DNA from: an uncultured virus (IMG/VR IMGVR_UViG_3300023371_000084)
Lineage: Duplodnaviria > Heunggongvirae > Uroviricota > Caudoviricetes
Direction: 5' to 3' (one strand)
Virus record (IMG/VR): IMGVR_UViG_3300023371_000084
DNA length: 64,000 nt
Positions within the stretch are counted from its first letter, which is position 1. Each line of letters begins with the position of its first letter. The position numbers were made by a program, and so were the translations under genes. The notes beneath the pieces are model-generated. The model was not told the DNA's origin and made no database searches. It saw only the letters and a program-made list of their open reading frames with translations. Positions 59,254 through 64,000 of the stretch are shown piece after piece.

Positions 59254-60012
59254 ATGCCTGAACTGAATAGAGCGAATCGACAGGTTTGTGATGTCGAAAT
59301 TCGTATTTTGAAGACCATGGCACCTTTCCTGAACTTTGATACTGCCAATGCGACGACCGCCGGTCTGTCCAGTGATAGCGTCTATGCAATGGCTAAGGGT
59401 TCACGTCGTATTGCTTTTGCAAATCCGCTTGAGGGCACGATGACCTTGGAGGCACAGGTTTACCCGTTCAAGTTCTTTGCCCTGCTTGCCGATGGCACGA
59501 TTAAGAACGACGCTGCGTACGCAGCTAAGGAAACCATTGCCTGCAAAGAGGCTGGTGTGCTGCCGATGGTTGTGAACAATGGCGAGATCGTCGCTGGTTC
59601 TGTTTTTGTCTATGCGAAGGGCGAGTTTGGCGATGCCGCTATTGAGGGTACTTTCGCTGATGGCAAGTTTACTGCTACCACTGCGGACAATATTAAGGTT
59701 GGTTCTGAGTATGAAGTTGGCTTTATTGTGAATCGCAATAAGGGTGTGCGCAGGATCTCCTTTACGAATGCTGATCTGCCGCAGGATTACTTTATTACCA
59801 TGAAGACGCTGGACAAGGATGAGCAGGGTCTGCTGACTCCGTTCCTGATGACTGCTTACAAGGCCACTATTCAGCGTAGCTTTGAGCTGTCTTTCAGCTC
59901 CGAGGGCGATCCGGCGACTGTTACACTGACCTTTGACCTGCTTGAGGATGCGAATAAGAACATTCTTGACATGGTTGAGATCGAGGAAGAGCTCATTGTC
60001 AATCCGGCGTAA
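59254..60012 (+). CDS. major tail (tube) protein
   Basis: Strong codon bias, FSSEGDPA..TFDLL, hairpin downstream. Confidence 0.7.
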   Translation: MPELNRANRQVCDVEIRILKTMAPFLNFDTANATTAGLSSDSVYAMAKGSRRIAFANPLEGTMTLEAQVYPFKFFALLADGTIKNDAAYAAKETIACKEAGVLPMVVNNGEIVAGSVFVYAKGEFGDAAIEGTFADGKFTATTADNIKVGSEYEVGFIVNRNKGVRRISFTNADLPQDYFITMKTLDKDEQGLLTPFLMTAYKATIQRSFELSFSSEGDPATVTLTFDLLEDANKNILDMVEIEEELIVNPA

Positions 60013-60095
60013 TGCAGTTTGACACGATATATGCGGGGATAGGCAAGTGAAAACTTACTATTCCCCGCCCTATTAATTAAATATGGTGAAGCGAT

Positions 60096-60344
60096 ATGAT
60101 TAAACAATGTAACGTTATTTTAAATAATGAGCTTGTGACGGTAGTTCGCTTCGGAGAAACCAATATTCAGCTTCCCGCCATTGGCAATGATGCAAAAAGC
60201 ATCTGGGTGTGCCATGAGAACGGGAAGTATTTTGTTGTAGACGAAAACAAGGTGCTTACTTGCACCGAAGAGACTGCCGCAAAGCCTAGAAAACGGGCTT
60301 CGAAGAAAACAACCGAAAAGATTGATGAAACTGAAATTGAATGA
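60096..60344 (+). CDS. hypothetical protein
   Basis: ORF. Confidence 0.5.
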   Translation: MIKQCNVILNNELVTVVRFGETNIQLPAIGNDAKSIWVCHENGKYFVVDENKVLTCTEETAAKPRKRASKKTTEKIDETEIE

Positions 60345-60463
60345 TCGTGACATTGATGAGTTGTATTGTATTTTTTTAGGGGAGATACTACCCAACATCA
60401 TCATCGGTGTCAAGGCGTTATCTCCCCTATCTTTTTGCGTTTTACATACAGGAGAAGACAGAA

Positions 60464-60691
60464 ATGAAAGCGATTCAGTTTGGATCTCTTGAAGAAGCAA
60501 TCGATTGTTATGGACGCGAAAACCTGATTGCAATTGATTGCATCAAGCAGATCATCTTCTACACTACGCATGGTTGTCAGCCAAAGTTTGTCTGGGAGAA
60601 AGAGAATGATCCCGGAAGATTGACATGCTGGTTTTTGAAGAATGAAACAAATTATGTATATAAAAAGTGGCTTGCAAATAGGCCATCATAA
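60464..60691 (+). CDS. hypothetical protein
   Basis: AGGAG RBS before MKAIQF. Confidence 0.55.
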   Translation: MKAIQFGSLEEAIDCYGRENLIAIDCIKQIIFYTTHGCQPKFVWEKENDPGRLTCWFLKNETNYVYKKWLANRPS

Positions 60692-60694
60692 CAC

Positions 60695-61246
60695 ATGAAA
60701 AATGTAGGAAAAGAATTTGAAGATGCCATTAAACGATCTGTTCCGGATCACATTTTATTATATCGTATTCCAGATGCCGCACAATCATTTGGAGGAGGCA
60801 ATCTGAGATTTAGCAGAAAAAACCCATTTGATTTCATTATGTGGGATTCAAAAAGTCATATTTTATGCGCATTAGAAATGAAAACGGTTTCTGGCAAATC
60901 TGTTTCGTTTGAGCGAAACGAAAACGACCAAGGAGATATTCATCTTCACCAGATTCAGGGATTGCAGGAATGGAACAGGTATAACGGCATTGCCTGTGGA
61001 TTCATTATTGAATTCAGGGGCATTGAAACGACAGTATTTGTTGATATACGCGGATTTGAGCGAGTTTCGAACGAGCTTTCAAAGAAGAGCTTTACAATAA
61101 ATGATCTTGATTCTCTTCATATTCGATATATTAAGATTCCACAAAAGAAAATTCGGACTCGATATAAATACGATATATCCAGCTTCGCTGAACAGATTAG
61201 CAAGCATGGGTTTTACGATAAAGAGAAGGTTGAGGAAAAGTTATGA
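60695..61246 (+). CDS. RecU-like Holliday junction resolvase
   Basis: GKEFE, PFDF, LEMKT, HQIQGL. Confidence 0.75.
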   Translation: MKNVGKEFEDAIKRSVPDHILLYRIPDAAQSFGGGNLRFSRKNPFDFIMWDSKSHILCALEMKTVSGKSVSFERNENDQGDIHLHQIQGLQEWNRYNGIACGFIIEFRGIETTVFVDIRGFERVSNELSKKSFTINDLDSLHIRYIKIPQKKIRTRYKYDISSFAEQISKHGFYDKEKVEEKL

Positions 61247-61797
61247 GTATGACAATGAACATTGGAACAAAACTGAATATGCTTGATTACTTGAGCATTG
61301 TCAATGAAATTGCGAATGAGTTTTTTAATGAAGACGGCGATTACCAGCCTCATATCGGACTGATCAACGCAATGTGTGTGTTTTACAACAATTGCGTAAA
61401 GTCGAGCAAATTTGATGAAAAATTCGGTCATGAAATTGTTGACCCGACTGAAATCAGCGAAGTGTTTGAGGACGAAGAGTTTATTCAGGCATTTAATGCA
61501 TCCATCACCGTAACGATGGTTTGTTTTGATTTTGCAAACGCATTTCGTGATGCTATGGATATTGTAAATACCAAGAAGAATTCTGTGAATCAGATTTACA
61601 ACAAGATCAAGAAGCTGGCAAACGATGCAACTACTGTGATGGCGAGCATGGTAACGAAAGAAAATCTGGACAGAATTGACGCAATTACAGATAAGATCAA
61701 GAACGGAACGCTTGATGTGGACGCATTTATTGAGTCTTACGGCTCCTCTGAGATGTTCAAAAGGACACTTGAAAGCGCAAAGAAAGCCGAGGCGTAA
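61243..61797 (+). CDS. hypothetical protein
   Basis: ORF in operon. Confidence 0.6.
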   Translation: MSMTMNIGTKLNMLDYLSIVNEIANEFFNEDGDYQPHIGLINAMCVFYNNCVKSSKFDEKFGHEIVDPTEISEVFEDEEFIQAFNASITVTMVCFDFANAFRDAMDIVNTKKNSVNQIYNKIKKLANDATTVMASMVTKENLDRIDAITDKIKNGTLDVDAFIESYGSSEMFKRTLESAKKAEA

Positions 61798-61800
61798 TTC

Positions 61801-62220
61801 ATGGTTGCCACAAATATGAAGCAACTAGACGATATGCTGAAAAAGCATGTTAAAAAGGCGCTTACCGTTACGTCAAGCAAGATCGAAGCAGACATGTACG
61901 AAGAAACTGGCGGATTTTACACTAAAGGAGAGCCAAAGATGTATGAAAGAACTGGCGCTCTTGGTGATACGCCTAGAACAACTGCAATTATAACCAATGG
62001 CAGTGTGTTTACGTTTAATGCGTATCTTGATCAATCGCATCAGTATACAACTGGAAAATCGCCGTTGATGTCGGATGTTCTTGCGGTTGCGAATGATCAT
62101 AGTTTGTCTGCAACATATGGTCTTATGCCTCCGCTTGGTCGTCAGCATTTCTGGGATCGGGCAGAGAAAAAGATAGAGAGAACACTAAATAAGACAATGA
62201 GAAGCTTCTTCCGAAAGTAA
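61801..62220 (+). CDS. putative tail/neck protein
   Basis: YERTGAL motif; synteny. Confidence 0.5.
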   Translation: MVATNMKQLDDMLKKHVKKALTVTSSKIEADMYEETGGFYTKGEPKMYERTGALGDTPRTTAIITNGSVFTFNAYLDQSHQYTTGKSPLMSDVLAVANDHSLSATYGLMPPLGRQHFWDRAEKKIERTLNKTMRSFFRK

Positions 62221-62241
62221 TTGCATGAGGAGGCGGTTTCT

Positions 62242-63294
62242 GTGGGCAATCAAAAAACAGGAAGAACAACTGTATACAATAACATTACATCAGAAGAAAA
62301 ACTGAAACAGGTAAACCCTGAGAATATCGAGCTAGAAAATGACTTCCTCGAATATCTGGCTTCTGTAGATCGCTCAAAGGGAACGATTAAACAGTATAAA
62401 GCGAACCTTCATGTATTCTGGTGTTGGAACCTTGAATTCAATAAAAATAAATTCTTTGTTGATCTAACTAAGCGAGAAATTGCAAAATTTCAGAATCATG
62501 CAATCAACGTCTGGATGTGGTCTCCAAAGAGGATTCGAACTGTAAAGGCAACCATTTCATCCCTTAGCAATTATGTCGAAAACATACTTGACGATGAATA
62601 TGAGGACTACAGGCCGATTGTTCGAAAAATTGAGTCTCCTGCCGATGTTGCTGTTCGGCAGAAGACAGTGTTTCAGGAAGAAGACCTCCAGCCACTTCTG
62701 GATAGTCTTATTGCAAATGAAGAATACATGAAAGCATGTATGTTGTCGCTTGCAATGAATAGCGGACGTAGAAAGGCAGAGCTTCCAAGGTTTAAGGTTC
62801 ATTATTTTGATAACGAAAACTTGATCTGTGAAGGAGCGCTTTATAAAACACCTGAGAAGGTGACTACAAAAGGACGCGGAAGCAGAGGTAAGTTACTTGA
62901 CATATATACGCTTGCAAAGCCGTTCAAGCCGTATTTAGATTTATGGCTTGCACAGCGAAAGGAGCTCAAGGTCAAGAGCGAGTGGCTATTCCCCCGCTAT
63001 TTCGATGGAAAATGGCTGGATGAGCCAATGTCAACAACGACTCTTGATTCTTGGACAAAAAGCTTTGGTAAATTCTTTGGCAAACCATTTTACTGGCACA
63101 GCCTGAGACATTACCTTACAACGAAACTACATGAATTCGGCATTCCAGACAATATTATTCAAGACATGATCGGCTGGGAATCTGCTGATATGCTGAAAAT
63201 TTATATTGATACGGAAGCTGACAAACAGTTTGAAAAATACTTCGGCGCGGAAGGAATCAAGAAAGGACGAAAGTCTGCGCTTGAAGAGTTATAA
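62242..63294 (+). CDS. tyrosine recombinase upstream of tape measure (YomM-like position)
   Basis: SGRRKAE, TKGR, HSLRH, GW, IY; GTG start after GGAGG. Confidence 0.88.
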   Translation: MGNQKTGRTTVYNNITSEEKLKQVNPENIELENDFLEYLASVDRSKGTIKQYKANLHVFWCWNLEFNKNKFFVDLTKREIAKFQNHAINVWMWSPKRIRTVKATISSLSNYVENILDDEYEDYRPIVRKIESPADVAVRQKTVFQEEDLQPLLDSLIANEEYMKACMLSLAMNSGRRKAELPRFKVHYFDNENLICEGALYKTPEKVTTKGRGSRGKLLDIYTLAKPFKPYLDLWLAQRKELKVKSEWLFPRYFDGKWLDEPMSTTTLDSWTKSFGKFFGKPFYWHSLRHYLTTKLHEFGIPDNIIQDMIGWESADMLKIYIDTEADKQFEKYFGAEGIKKGRKSALEEL

Positions 63295-63303
63295 AACAAG
63301 TCT

Positions 63304-63329
63304 TCACCATTTGAAATGGTGATTTTTTT
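63304..63329 (+). terminator. intrinsic terminator
   Basis: TCACCATTT-G-AAATGGTGA + T tract. Confidence 0.6.
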
Positions 63330-63341
63330 ATGGGAGGAAAC

Positions 63342-64000
63342 ATGTCTGAATTTACAGCAAAAATACAAGCGATTTTAGACACTAAGAAAATCCCATCGCA
63401 AATTGCCAACATTGAAAAATCAAAAATTACACTGAGCAGGTTTACCCTCGATACAAAGAAGTTGCCGTCTCAAATTCAGGCATCCCTTGATCGTCATAAT
63501 TTCATGATCAGGCTGGATGGCATTAAAACTGATAGTCTTACTACTCAGATTAAAACGGCGGCGAATCGATCGGGTAAATCTTTTTCTCAGCAGTTAGTTG
63601 ATAGGATCAATGCACAGCTATCAAATGGTGGAATTGAAGCGTCTATCGCAAGGGTAACTGCGCAATATGAAAAGCTTGGGTCAACGGGGCATGCCAAGCT
63701 CAAAACTATTGGTGCAGATCTTGAAACGTTAAACAGACTTCATAGGGATCTTGCTAAGAATCAAAATGCGCCCAAGGCGCTGATTAAAACATATGACTCA
63801 TACATTGATACACTTACACAAGTAAAAAACAATCTTGTGACCGTATCATCTCAAAGCAAAGTGACGATTAGTTCTCTCCAATCAGGAAAACTCAGCAATT
63901 CAATGAGTGACTGGATGGGAAAAAATACGCGGGCAACAAAGGAATTTGGTTCTGCGATTGATGATCTTCAAAACAGATTACGTTCACTATCTTCGTCTGG
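63342..64000 (+). CDS. tape measure protein, 5' part (runs off the window)
   Basis: GGAGG RBS, MSEFTAKIQAILD..., open to the window end; synteny. Confidence 0.65.
   Translation, partial: MSEFTAKIQAILDTKKIPSQIANIEKSKITLSRFTLDTKKLPSQIQASLDRHNFMIRLDGIKTDSLTTQIKTAANRSGKSFSQQLVDRINAQLSNGGIEASIARVTAQYEKLGSTGHAKLKTIGADLETLNRLHRDLAKNQNAPKALIKTYDSYIDTLTQVKNNLVTVSSQSKVTISSLQSGKLSNSMSDWMGKNTRATKEFGSAIDDLQNRLRSLSSS

Overview
The window is part of a large temperate Firmicutes (probably Clostridia-infecting) phage with SPbeta-like organisation. Left arm (1-38.7 kb, all minus strand): tRNA cluster, a candidate ~300-370 nt structured ncRNA, a complete diversity-generating retroelement (target/VR-avd-TR-RT), an intact Cas12f/TnpB-family nuclease with a mini CRISPR array and adjacent anti-repeats, folD, a lysogeny region (MrpR/YopR-like recombinase-fold repressor, a LexA-boxed small gene, an active tyrosine recombinase), and about 24 kb of small accessory genes punctuated by 13 copies of a conserved promoter/operator element. 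A ~1.1 kb non-coding strand-switch region follows. Right arm (plus strand): YonO-like single-subunit RNA polymerase, tRNAs, phosphoesterase, HU, terminase, portal, lysis genes, head and tail genes, RecU-like resolvase, another tyrosine recombinase and the start of the tape measure gene. Most notable: (1) the Cas12f array has type II-A geometry and the type II-A leader motif ATTTGAG but no cas1/cas2 in the window; (2) a DGR diversifies a small non-structural protein directly downstream of cas12f; (3) a repeated promoter/operator regulon; (4) a strand-biased TCCG-rich zone. All protein calls come from motif recognition and synteny; no database search was run.
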